From: Balanoglossus misakiensis
Taxonomy: Eukaryota; Animalia; Hemichordata
Reading direction: 5' to 3'
Assembly: GCA_040954595.2 (NCBI GenBank)
Contig: CM082578.2
Location: forward strand, 773,740-837,739
Length of the DNA stretch: 64,000 nucleotides
Part shown: positions 37,551-50,484 of the stretch, piece after piece
How positions within the stretch are numbered: position 1 is the first letter of the stretch
Layout of the letters: each line of letters begins with the position of its first letter
Made by a program: the position numbers and the translations under genes
Notes under the pieces: generated by a model
What the model saw: the letters and a program-made list of their open reading frames with translations, nothing else
Told to the model about the DNA's origin: nothing
Database searches by the model: none

Positions 37551-40040
37551 GAATAACTGGCAGCCACTATGATGTCTGCCACAGGCAAATTTAAATATTC
37601 CACTCTGGATCTTATTTCAGCCCTTCGGAAAACATGAGCATTTATGAAATCCGGCTCTCAATTTTTCGAGAAGTTCCAGCAGTTGTGGTGTCGCCAAAAA
37701 CGAATGTATGCCATTCCTGGCGGAAAAAAATATGCAAGAGACGCTTGCAATACACTGCCATCTACCTGACCGCCCTACATGCCTTAATGTAAGGTAGAAG
37801 GTCGGGCGGTAGGAAGAGTTCACCAAAAGAGGGCGCATTTTATCATCCATTGATTTATACTGTGTACGAGCAGAGAAGCCTCAGTGTTCGCGGTTAGAAC
37901 CGTATCGGTAAGACAAAGACAGAAGAGTTGACAGACAACAAACTTATTCAGTTTATATCATATAATTCTTACTGTAAAACGTTCCCTGAATAAAGCCTTG
38001 TGCTCATAAGGACATTGAAGATTGTCGCATACAGACCGACACCCTTTTATCTATTGTAGGTATTGAATGGAACGCTAAATACCTGTGTATTTCTTATTCA
38101 TTAAGCAATGATGTAACACAACAAGTTTCGGACAGTGTGAAGAAAGGGCCAAAGCACTCTTGCAAGTTAGTGTGGTGTACTCTTTTCAAACACTGCTGCA
38201 AGCTGTTCAGCACCTGATGCTGCTTGTATCTCCGATGACAAATGGACAGTCTGTGTGCTGTCAAAGTAAATCCATCAATTTTGCGGAGCTGAAAGGGAAA
38301 TGACAGCTTGTCAAACTCAAATCTGCCAGACGAAATAGGGAAAGAAATGCATAACAGGTAATCCACCATACTATGAATTTTAGCCATCATCCTATGAAAT
38401 GCGGTGAAACGGAACTGCAATTAATTTTAAATGAATTCTGCTCAAATTGTTTTCTTAGTTCTCAACATTTGATTGGAACCGTTAAATATAATGTACCGTA
38501 TAACATTATCATACAGGTTAGTATGTCAAATATTTTTCCATTTGGCATTTTCTTCTTGAGGTCATTTCAACAGTATGCACACCACAGTTTGTGAGATATG
38601 GACAGAAACAAACTGGAATCTATGCAATGTTATAATAGTATATTATTGTTAACAAGAAAGCGGCAACTCTCTGCCTGGCAGAGAATAATGATAGTCTTTT
38701 TGAAAAAAAAGGGCGTGCTGAGGATATGGTCAGTCAAAAACATACATGTATAAGGTATGCCTGAACTAATTTTTAACATGGTGTACATAAATATTTATGC
38801 ATTGTCACAATGACTGGAGGTCTTTAAATGACCAAGCTGTATGGACACCTCATTCAATGTTACATATATTTGTTATTACATGTTTTATTGAAATTGCCAG
38901 TTGTCTGTTTTAATTCTGGCAGTTCTGCTGTGTCTTTTGTCTTGCCCTGACAGAATGCAGTAATATTTGCAGTACAAGAGGAGTGTCAGTAAATAGTGGA
39001 GCAATATCTTTCTACGAATGTACTCATGCATTGCTCCAAAGTGAAGTACATTCGCAAAACCAGTTTGGGAAATCGGGACTCTTTTCAAGATAATACCACA
39101 TTTTTGTGGATGTCACATGACATGGAAACACTCTAGAATCACGATTGAGATAAGGTTTCGGTTTGATATACCACTTCCTTGTTATTTCAATCTGTATGTT
39201 TTCTTAACCCCCTCCCTCGAAAAAAGGTAATTGAGGTAATTGTAAAATTACCTGAAAACAAACATGCTACTCTAGCCTCCATTTTATGAGGTTTGTGATG
39301 TAACATATTTTGAATTTCGTGAATCGATCAAAAGTTTCCGTGCACCAACTATCAAAACTACACCAAAAAATAATTTGGGCAATTCATAAGGAGAATCTAG
39401 TGGGTCAGCGGCTATAGAACTGACGTAAGTGTAAGTATCAGAGGATTGTGGGTACGAGGCTGGGAAGAGCAAAACTCGAACACTCATGAAATCTACACGT
39501 GACGCCAAATTCTTTGTAATATGAACAGTGGAAAACTGCCATGCCATCCCTCTAAGTGCAAACTTCCAAAGATTTCAATCTGGTGATATTTAAAAAAAAA
39601 TATTTTATTCAAATTCATGTGGTGATATTTTAAAAAAAATATTTTATTCAAATTCATGTTATAAATTAAACTTGCATCTATGATATAGAAATGACTCTGT
39701 CTTATATAACGAAAACACAAATAACTTGGTTAGATGACCAAAGATTTCCCATCTCGAAAAGTTTCTACCAAAATGACTAACTCCAAATCTGCTAAGAGAG
39801 CCCTAGCAAATTTAATCACTGCACATTACTCTCGATAAAACGAAATATTGCGCATTCATTTTGTCCTTGAATTGAAATGCATGGCCAGTGTTCATAGACT
39901 TCACACACACAGGATGTTTAAGGAGCTGAATTGTTATTGACAGCGACCAGGTCGGTAGATTCTATAGGATGAAGAAAAAATGAAAAGACAGTCAGTACAT
40001 AGCTAAATTCTCCTATACAAGGGCGTCTTCAATTGGTACA

Positions 40041-40112
40041 GTGACTGACTGACTGACTGACTGACTGACTGACTGAATGGATGAATGAATGAATGAATGA
40101 ATGAATGAATGA
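40041..40112. repeat. Compound microsatellite (GACT)n(GAAT)n
   Basis: Directly visible. Confidence 0.95.
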
Positions 40113-41000
40113 TGAACGGATGAGTCGTAATAATATGCTTCAATCATAGGGGCTTTGAAAATTATAAAAAAAATAAAAAATAATGTACTCACAACCGACA
40201 TTTATACAACATGCAGCTCAAGAAACTCCTCCATGTGTACAATACTTTGCCAATTTAGTGACAACATCAGCTTTCAGAGCACGTGAGCACCGCTTTCGCC
40301 AGCCTGTGGTGCCCGCATATCTTTTTTGTTCAGCAGTAACATGCACGACACATGCAGAGACACAAACGTCCATGTTGCAAATTGTAGATGAAAGCATCAG
40401 CTGCGCTGGTTTTATGGTCAGCATCACTGGCTGTTACATGAAAACTGTTTGTCACATACCTTAACCAACATATACGTGTATCTGTATGGAAAGAAAGTAG
40501 GCTCACCCCCGGTACAGTATTATTTTTTTTGCATGCACGCAATGGCCTGAATTTGCTAAACTGGGATCATCTGCGCGCATTTCAAAACGTGCTCGTTGCT
40601 TAACTTCGCGTGCTTTACTACTCACAATTATTCCACTTGTGAACGAACACGTCACCCAATTTTACAGTGTAGCCATGTGGAAAACTGGTGACAAGGTAAT
40701 ATTTCATTCGAAGATCAACCTACGTTCAGAAAGTTTGCATTGTGGTGAATTCTCACTGCTCTCGCAATGCGGTCTGTGGCTCACTGCCGCAGACCGCATT
40801 ACACGTAGAAATAAATTCTGTACGTCACAGTTCGTAGGTCGCATAGGTCATGGAGTTAATCCATTATACATTGCGGCTTACAATTTCTCGTGACCCTCTT
40901 ATCATGCAGCTTGTGTGTTACTGACCACTGACGCATGTCAAAACACTCAATATTTTTTTTTAATTTGCAAACTCTTTCATTTTAAAGTCGTGATACTCAC

Positions 41001-41151
41001 TGCAGATAGCATTCTTTTCAGTAGGAACTATTTCTGCTGCCATTTCAATATTGTCTGTATTCCATGTAAATATGTTTCCTCCAATTGAACAGTCCCCCGC
41101 CACAGCTGCAACCTCTTCTGCAGTCAGAACTTTTGACCACATGTATGTCAT
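41001..41151 (-). pseudogene. Orphan exon fragment encoding a pentraxin-domain C-terminus
   Basis: MWSKVLTAEEVAAVAGDCSIGGNIFTW matches the pentraxin/LamG W..VL..EE......C...GN...W pattern; followed by GTGAGT donor; in-frame stop just upstream. Confidence 0.6.
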
Positions 41152-41185
41152 TTAGTCAAGACAATTTGGGAGAACTGTAGTTTAA

Positions 41186-41480
41186 AGCCTCCAAAGGTGC
41201 CACTTTTTGCATTATTTTCATGATTTTTTTTTCCAACTTAAATTGGTTCATCAAAATAAGCTTACTGATAGGTATACATAAACATCTTATCGATGCCCGA
41301 TTGTGACTGCATGTTGCAATTGGAACATGCTATGTATTAAAACAGTGCCTCACCGATTTAATCAGCCTTCATACAAACAATAGCAGCTAAGCAGCTATCG
41401 TGGAATGCGACGCCAAGTGATGACAAACCAATGCAAATGCAAGTAATATGGCTTAATGGTCACGGGTGAAGATTTTAGGG
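41186..41480 (+). mobile_element. Terminus of Kolobok-like non-autonomous repeat
   Basis: TTAA|AGCC...GTGCCACTTTTT..ATTATTTTCAT...AAATAAGCTTACTG; homologous to ~47568-47830. Confidence 0.45.
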
Positions 41481-44400
41481 AATAGGGAATATACATATGA
41501 AGTATTTTACTCTGGTAAAAAATATGCCAATTTTAGCAGCTATAGGGTTTTTAAAGCGCGGGCGAAGTATGAAAAGATGCAGTAAATATCGATACATTGT
41601 ATTTTGGAGGTTTCTCATAACCATGATTGGTTGGCTAATTATGCGGCGTTTTCTAAATAAAAGGAACAATATTAATTTATTGTTGGGGCTCACCTCTGTT
41701 AACATCTTGCCGTCTCTGCTGAGTGTTGGCCTCTTCCAGCGGCACGTGTTTGTCCTTTACGGCATGCTGTAAAATATTTAGAATAGCGCTGCCATTTGAT
41801 CAAAGGATAAGCTGGCTTCGCGTGTTAGGGATGTGTGTCTGACGACTATGCCTCGAAGCAAAAGACACAGCCGACCCTGCCACGCAGATTCATTTGTTGT
41901 GTCACACATTTTCGATCCAAGAAGAGAATATCAACCTTGACGTTGCGAAAATGACAAGAAACTTTCACTCATATAGGTTGTGTGATTACTTACCCGCAAC
42001 TTGTTGGGAATTGCTGTCACCAGAGGTGCCCACAGCGTGAAAGCCAGAATGACTGCGACGCCTGCATTGGAGTTCGTCATGAATGGAAACATCGATGAAC
42101 ACGTTCGGTCTTCGATGAGGCTAGTGTCCACAGAATAGGCATTCTTTTATAACGCAGCTGGGAGGTGGTAAATCCATTGTGATCACCATGCTATTAGTAG
42201 CCCAAGCAGTCAAAATTTGCGAAAAATATATAAATATGGAAAAATATATCAATGGGATCAATAGTTATTAAGCACTTTTTAAAAACAAATGACACCGTAA
42301 GATCAATTATCTTGTTTTCCGCGACAAGTTTCAACATGGTATGTCAGCGCTACCAGTGAATAATATTATTAGAAACTATGACAGCTGTAACCGTGCGATT
42401 AATGATTTGATCAATTTTAATCATATACTTGTAAATATTTGCGCGGGTGCTAGTTTAATAAACTGTGTTGATATATAGGTGGAAGACTGTTTAGTTTTCC
42501 AGTCAATTATGTGATGTATTACGCCTGACGCTTAAATGATTTGGTCCAGGGAGAATAACCGTGTTTGGCCGGTCAAGCGAACCCTGGATCTTGCAGGCTC
42601 TGCCCACTTTCCAATCAACAACCATTGAGCATGCGCAGTTGATACTTCACATTGTAAACAAGATGGCGTCGCTGTATATGCTTCTGGACCGCTGTCGCCC
42701 GACTATGTCGGCAAAGAAGAGACGAATTTAACCAAGCAACGCCATATCGGAAGATAGAATGATCGCGAGATGAAACCGGGATATCCAACGATTTGGCAGC
42801 CATGTTGATTGAATGGTAAGTCGCCGAAGTAACTATTTGCCATTGATTTGTTTACCAGAAACGGTTTGCCTTTGGAACACATTTGACCTCACCGAAATTG
42901 ATTTCAGAGTTTTTTCCCAAGAACTAATGACGTTCGTTTTCACCTTTCTGTCCCGAAGTTGCAAACGTGTTGTCTCTGAGAAAATAAATGTGATTTGTAC
43001 CCGCGATAATCATAGTTCGGATTTCAACCCACAACATCAACGCCAGCCATTCACCAACATGTGCCAGATAATGTTTATCAGTCATATTTTCTCAGTCTGA
43101 ATTTACAAAAGACTAATTGTATTGTATGCACATTGCAATTTTAATATGTAACACGTTTGACCTGAGTGGGAGGATGGATTGAAGGGACACAAGCTTTTGT
43201 AGCCACTTAAATTTTGACACTGGCATATTTGTTCCCTTATGATGTAGTGTACCTGTTGCATTGAAATGAAGCTGTAATATTAAAGTGCAATTTAGTCCTT
43301 TGGTTTACTGGGAAAATGAGGTCAATAAATGACAGGTTTATTTAGATATATGATATATTTCTCGCAAGCACTTATGCATATGTATGAGATACTTATTTAT
43401 TTTTAACTTATGTATTTATTTTTAATTTATTTTGTACGTTCAGGTAATCATATGGATTTGTATGGAATCACATACACATTAATTGAAGACTATCATATCA
43501 CAGAAGTCGAGCCTCCACATGTGTAAGGTAACCATTTAGGTTTCATGACTAAGTTTGTTTAAGAATTCATAAAGCACGAATTCTACCTAATGAATGAATT
43601 TTCTTAGAATTTCACAACTGTGACAGGGTTTGCAGTTATGCGAAAAAGTGTTATTATTCACATACGAAACTTTTCGTATACATTTTTCTGATGGCAATGC
43701 ATTTAACTTTGAACAAATATTGACGTCAGTTAGTAGTGCTATTTTGTCAGTGAAATTGCTTCATCATCATCCCTCCAACCAAAGTTGAAACTGAGTTGCA
43801 AATATTGCACAGCTTGAAATCATAAAATGTTGCAAAATTGAACCAACCGTTCGGTCAACGATTATGTTCTTACAGCTATTATTAGAAGCAGACAGTCTCA
43901 GGGAACAAGATACATGGGCCTGATTTGCAAACTGAGTTGGAACTAACCTTGCCTGCCCATGGATGCGCCAATTCAGTGAATCTTATCGTATTAAAAATGA
44001 ATATGGAGAACTATTCTCTGTGTTGTGATTCAATTGTTAGCCTACATGTATACATATGTACCTTGAGTGATTCCACTTTCTTCACTGTCCTGTGAATTCA
44101 GTTGCCATAACTTGCGCTTCACACAGCGCATACATGTAGGTCTAATCAATTGGGCAACTGGGTCTTACAATATTATCTGATGCCTCTTACTGGCCGAAGG
44201 ACCACAAGTTGCATTTTCACATCGCATATAAATAGAAAACCCATTAATTTCTACTGTATGATTTTATTGACGATTCAGTAGTTTCATGACTGTTAGTGTT
44301 AATTACAATACCTAAATTTCCAAATGAAAGCATGCTGTCAGTTTTCATGTGATTGATATTAATTTTACAATTTCAAAATATGCTTAGCTCTGAATGATTA

Positions 44401-46409
44401 TCAACATATCAAACTTCATGTTAAATAAACTGTCTTGATATTGTATACATTAAGGCCTACTACCAGTGTCACAATATTGATTTCCTGCATTTTTGCTCAT
44501 GCCTTCTGACCAGTCAGTTGCCTCTGTATGTGTGTATGTAGTATGTATGGATGTATGTATGTCTGTCCACATCAAAAACTTGAAAACCCCTTCGCGTATC
44601 CCCTTGATATTTGGTGTGTAGATGCAGGCCAGCCTGTAAATAGGATTTTGTTCATATTAAGAAGGTTGAAGTATTTTCATGATTGGTTTTATGTGATTAC
44701 TCCAGAAACATACAATACAGAGTCTGTGTGGTAAGTCTTGATATTGGGTTTTTAGATGCAGGCACGCCTGTTCAAATGAAATATGCTAATTACCTGGAGC
44801 AATGTGAAATTGATCAAAACTCAGAAACTCAACAACTGGTCAGATTGCTTTGAACATTTGTATGCATGTAGCTTATGTCACGCCTGATATACTTTCAGCT
44901 AATATCGTGAATTGTATCTAGAATTTAGTATGCTATTTCCTATAGGTAATCTTTGTTAGTATTGTTTAAATTGTGGCAAAATTTGTAATTTTTGGGAAAT
45001 ATAATTTTGTCATTTTTGGTCAAAAATCATTTTCTCTGAAACTCCATGTCAGGTCAGGTTGCATTTAAATTTTGGTTTGCTTGTTCCATGAGGTAACCCA
45101 AGTAATGTTGTATATCATTTTGGTGAAATTTGCATATTTGTGGTCTTGAGGCAATTTTTGCAATTTTTATTCTTTGAAACCGCATGTCAGATTGCTTTCA
45201 ATTTTGGTAGGCATGTTCCTTGTGGTGATTGAAGTGAGATATTGTTGGATTTGTTGATATCTGAATTTTTGTGGTTGAGGCAGTTTTTGTCATTGTTGAA
45301 GAAATGTTGTTTTCACTGAAAATACTCCGATTCCTGTGAAATTGTATAGGTTACCTGGTAGGTCATATCTGCTTGGCAATGTCACAGCGGTGTACACACC
45401 TATTTTTGTGTAATCCAAAGTGTCTAATAACCTAGCAAATATTTACTAGTAAATCATGTATGTTCTACTTCTTACAAGGTTGAAGTATGTTGATGTCTGG
45501 GTTAAATGGGATTCTTCAGAAACATACAATACAGAGTTTGTGGTACAGGTCATGGTCACATTCAGAATTACCTAGTCTATATCCAGCCGTGTTCTGTCCG
45601 CTTTGCTTCCAAAAGTATCGTCTAGTGTCATGCATGCCACTTGCCCAATAATCTGACACCCCTTGCTGGGAAATTTGATGTAACAAGTGTCCCTTAGTGA
45701 AGTTATTAACATAAACTGAACAATGTTGATTTGGCGTAAGATTATAGTGAAGGCAGGGCTTATTACATTGAAAATGCTATCCAGCCTTAATTACACATTA
45801 TGAATATCCTTTGTCCAATCATTGGAAAAACAATGTACCATAGACTTGCATAGCACTTTGAAGGTGAATCGCAAGTGGTCACTTTCATTACATTACCTCA
45901 AGCAGTCTTTTACATGTAGCTATAATAAGACAAACATTCCCGGTGTAATTAACATCACTGTTGTTATTAGTATCTATCTCCGATAAGTATCAAGTCTGCC
46001 TTATGTTATTTTAAGTCAATTGTCAGGTTCATGTACATATTTTACAACTTATCTATCTTGTCAAAAACTTTCGCATGTACCTAATTCTAGGCTTACCAGT
46101 AGGGTTATAGATACAGTGTATTATATTAACATGCATTAATATGAAACTAAATGTTGATGGTTAATTAAAGACCCCCTTGAGCTATGGTAACCTCATTAAA
46201 TATGTGCATATCTTATTCTAGTGGATGTGGTAACCTGGACATGGACAACTTCGGGGTCAAAATCTTTTGACAAACTTTTGGGTGATCTTGGGTAAACTTT
46301 GACCTACATTCCTATATCTTGGCATCCGGCACAGATACATCCTTGACACTTGGCGTGATGGAACTATGTAATGGAATATTATGTCTTGCCTCATTAATTA
46401 TGTACATAC

Positions 46410-46937
46410 CTAATGCCAGCCTAACCAATAGGGCTGGAAGTCTGCCTTTTTTTGGACATGATAAATTTGAGATCAACATTTTTCTACAGCAGCCAGCCTT
46501 CTCTTAAAAAGAATGGACAATATAAAGGCTTTGCTGGTATACTGAACTTTTGACTCCCTCCCTGAGACTGTGTGCCAATGACGGGATAGCCTACTCAGCG
46601 TTGGGTAGATCCTAAGAAGGCCTCAGCCAGGCATCAGATACAAAAAGCGGAAATCCAAGCTTTAATGGTGGGTTACATCGTTAACTTCCCTGCAGAGCTG
46701 ATTTCTCAGACTGTGAGCCAATGACGGGTAAAGCCCCTAGGTAGGGGCCACCTAAGACAGGCCGGTCATGCTTTAGTCACAAAGAAGGGCAAGTTCAGTC
46801 ATACCATAACTTTGTCTGCTGTATATGCTTCATAATGATTGCATGGTATTTTGAGAATACATTGTCTTAAGGCAGTGTGACCAGCTAAAAAGTACTGGCA
46901 AACACAGCCAATGTGTAATAAAAAACATCTCATGTGG
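46410..46937 (-). ncRNA. Putative structured non-coding exon (copy 2)
   Basis: Minus-strand acceptor TCTTTTATTTAG| and donor AG|GTATGT at positions homologous to copy 1. Confidence 0.4.
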
Positions 46938-49666
46938 CTAAATAAAAGACATAAAACACAGCAAAAGCACTGTGACTAGCTGAGACATAATACTCCATTA
47001 TGCATTTCCATCACTCCAAGTGTCAAGGTTGCATCTGCTCAGGATGCCAAGATATAGTAATGTTGGTCAAGGTTTACCCAAAGTCACCCAAAGTTTTGTC
47101 AAACAATTTTGACCCCAATGTTGTCCATGTTTAGGTTTCTCCCTCCACTGGATAGCCTACAATTAGATATGCAAATATTTAATGACGTTACCATAGATAA
47201 ATTAACCATGAAATTATAGTTTCATGTTAATTCTTGTTATTACAAAACACTGTATCTATAACGCTTCTGGAAGCCATACTTTGTTTCATGCTACCCAATA
47301 TGTGAAAGTAGGTAAAAAATCAGCCAAGGTTATTTGAAATTTTGCTGAAAAAAATCCGGTCCCTGACATTTGGTAAAGGGGTCAAGACACTTGGCAACAA
47401 ATTTTTGTCCCAGATTAGAACATATTCATAAAAAACTCAGGGAAAGAAGGAAGTTTTTCACAGCTTTGGTGCTTCAAATAGTAGAGAGGTTCCCAAGTTA
47501 TTTCAATGAAACCTTAATGTCAACATTACATCGTTAGACTCAAACTCATCTGGCATAAAGCTGTTAGTTAAAGCCCTAAGGGTTGTGCCACTTTTTCATT
47601 ATTTTCATCTAAGATTTGTCAATCTAAATAAGCTTACTGCTAGGTATACATCTACATGAACATCTTGTTGACAGACGATTGTGGCTGTAATTTAAAGAAG
47701 TCAGATATTTAACAGGTAGCACACCTGTTTAATCTGCCTCTATACAAAGGGTACACATCTATAGTGGTATGCATCACCTAGATATGATAAACATAAGCAC
47801 TACAAGTAATATGCCTTTATGGTGGCGATTTTGAAGGATGTGGAGAAGATTTGAAAAACACTCTTGAGGAAAAAGATGTGTTAAATCTTTGAAATGTGTT
47901 TTATTCTTTGGTTCCCATTTCGTATATGTCTATCTACCACTGGGACCAATGTGAAATTGGTGGAAACTGGTCAAATTGCTTTAGAAATTGGTGTGTATTC
48001 ATTTTGAGACCTCATGGATTTTTTTTCATTTTTTGAAGTATATTTTTGGGGTGATTTTGGTCAAATACTCAAAAACCTCTACTCACAGTTCTTTGAAATT
48101 TGGTTTGCAGGTTCCTAGGTGTGTTATCACGACATTTTAACAAATCCTATGATGGAAGTGTCAATATAGTTTTTGTGGACAATTTTTGCCATTTTTGTTT
48201 GTTTGATTGCTTGGCAATTTTTTGTTTTGCAGTTTCCAGGGGATTTTTTTACTGTGATATATCATAAATGTTCTGAAAATGAAAAAATTGTATTTTGGGG
48301 GCATAAAAAAATTCTCAGAAAGTGCATGGTTGATCACTTTAAAAGTTTAGTTGTGAGTTAATGATATGTGCTTCTTTAGAATGATAATTGAATCAAATCA
48401 TAGCTGAATTAGTTTTTTTGTTTATTTTGTTAGATATTTTTTCCTTATACCTCAAAAATTCTTATTATAAAAGGGAAAATACCATTACATAGTTGTTTGC
48501 AATTAAGGAGGACCCCCTCCCCCACTGAAAATCGTATACACCTTGATCTCTCTATGTCTGTATTCATGTCTGTATGTATGTTTTACAAATGTATGCTCCC
48601 AATAAGAGTGAAATGATTTTTTTTATCGTAATACTTCTAAAGTGATTATTTCCTATGAGATATGCAGTCTTATTACCTAATCGTTTCTGAAATTCTACCT
48701 CATGCTGTGTATGAAAAGTCTAATATATGTCATTGTCAAGATCCCCAAAACAGGCTGATATAGTATCGCATAACATTTGATAAAAGTATCCCAAACAGTG
48801 TGGCCATGTCTTCATAACACAAAATGTGAGTGATATACTACTTGAATATTTTTGTCATGTTTTCCACTATAATAGTACTGTTTCTGTAGATATCAGATGT
48901 TTTATGTTATTTAAATAATCGTGATAGACAACACATTTTAATGTAAGCCATCATGTGCAAATGTGATAGCCATGGCCGTGTAAGATACACTCCCCAATTT
49001 CACGAAATTCACACATGTGCTTTACCATTGTTATGCTATGTGTTGAACTGGCACACTGCAAATTTTGAAACTACGATATTGATCACAATCACACGCACAC
49101 TCACAGCATGCTTTTTTGGAATAGAGGTACTAACACTATCGATTATTATACTTTTGAATCCCCAATAAAGAATATATAGAATTTAACAGGATTTATATTT
49201 GCACGCAAAGTATAAAATTCCCTTGTGCCGTAGAAATGAAAATCTGCAACTGGTGGTCCTTCTGCCAGTAAGAAGCATCAGAAAAATTCTGCATGCTCAT
49301 CGTCAAGACAATTTTGGTATACAGAAAAAAAACACTAGAATGACAACAGCTACATGTATGTAGGCTAGCAATAGGAACAGAGATAACAATTCTCCATATT
49401 CATTTTTAAATACGATAAGATTCGCTGAAATTGGCACATCTGTGTGCAGGCAAAGTCAGTTCCAACTCGGCTTGCAAATCGGACCAATGTCTCTTGTTCG
49501 CTGAGACTGTATGGTTCTAGTAATAGCTGTAAGAACTTGATCATTGACCAAACTCTTGGTTCAATTTTGCAACATTTTATGATTTCAAGCTGTACATATT
49601 TAACTCCGTTTCAACTATGTTTGGAGGGATAATAATGGAGCCATTTCACTGACAAAATAGCGCTTA

Positions 49667-50484
49667 GGGACCATTCAGTTTTTACGGTGGGGGAGGCTGG
49701 CAAAATCCAGGGGTCACTTAAATTTTGAAATCCAAAAGAGGGAGTCATCTTTTTTTCAAACGTTTAGGGGGAGGTCATATACATGTACCCACCGATGCTA
49801 ACTTTGAGTGGAGTGGCAACAATAAAATTGGTCCTTTCAAACATTGAGATAATTTGCTTTTGACTTCATTAAAATGCATCTTTGAGCTACATATTTTACA
49901 AAGTTTTCTTATGTGGAAGGGGGACATCCCCTCCCACACCCATCCTCTTATTTCTTCGCCACATATAGTGTACCAGGGCAGAATACTTGCCATCCCACCC
50001 CCACTGATGTTAACTTTGAGTGGCAAAAGTCAAATTTGTCCTCCCCAACATTAAGTTAATTTGCCTTTGAGTTCATTAAAATGCATTAATTGTATTTTAC
50101 AAAATTGTCCTACGTACACCCACCCCTTCCACTTTTCTTGTTTTACCAATTCTACCAACTATTGTATTGACGTGTCCTTTTAATTTATCCATAGACTTCT
50201 TTATTGCAACGCTATACTATTATACACTTCAAATTATAAATTTCTTTAAGAAATTTAGAATTGAGGTGTGAGGAGACCCTTTACCTTTATTGCATACAGT
50301 CAGTGTACATAAGATAAGGATGGCGAATGTTTTCGGGGTGGGAGGAGGGTCATCATATTTTGGTCCTGTCAAAGGGGGGGGGTCATCATTGTTTTGGTCC
50401 TGGTTGAAGGGGGTGTCGGCCAGATTTTGAAAACCAATGACACAAACTTTTGCCCCCCCCCCTCCACCAAAACTGAACAGGCCC
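49667..50484. mobile_element. PIF/Harbinger-like MITE with TTA TSD
   Basis: TTA|GGGACCATTCAGTTTT...AAAACTGAACAGGCCC|TTA; absent from homologous sites at ~28140, ~35500 and ~43735. Confidence 0.88.

Noticed and set aside
39581-39660. 40-bp tandem duplication
   Set aside because: Ordinary local slippage duplication.
41770-42130. Possible degenerate THAP-like coding remnant
   Set aside because: Required C2CH residues cannot be aligned in one frame.
46560-46770. SECIS, hammerhead, twister, HDV, H/ACA or telomerase RNA identity for the twin motif
   Set aside because: Lacks the SECIS GA quartet and apical AA, the CUGANGA/GAAA core, a clear pseudoknot, H/ACA spacing and a conserved CUAACCCU template; left unassigned.
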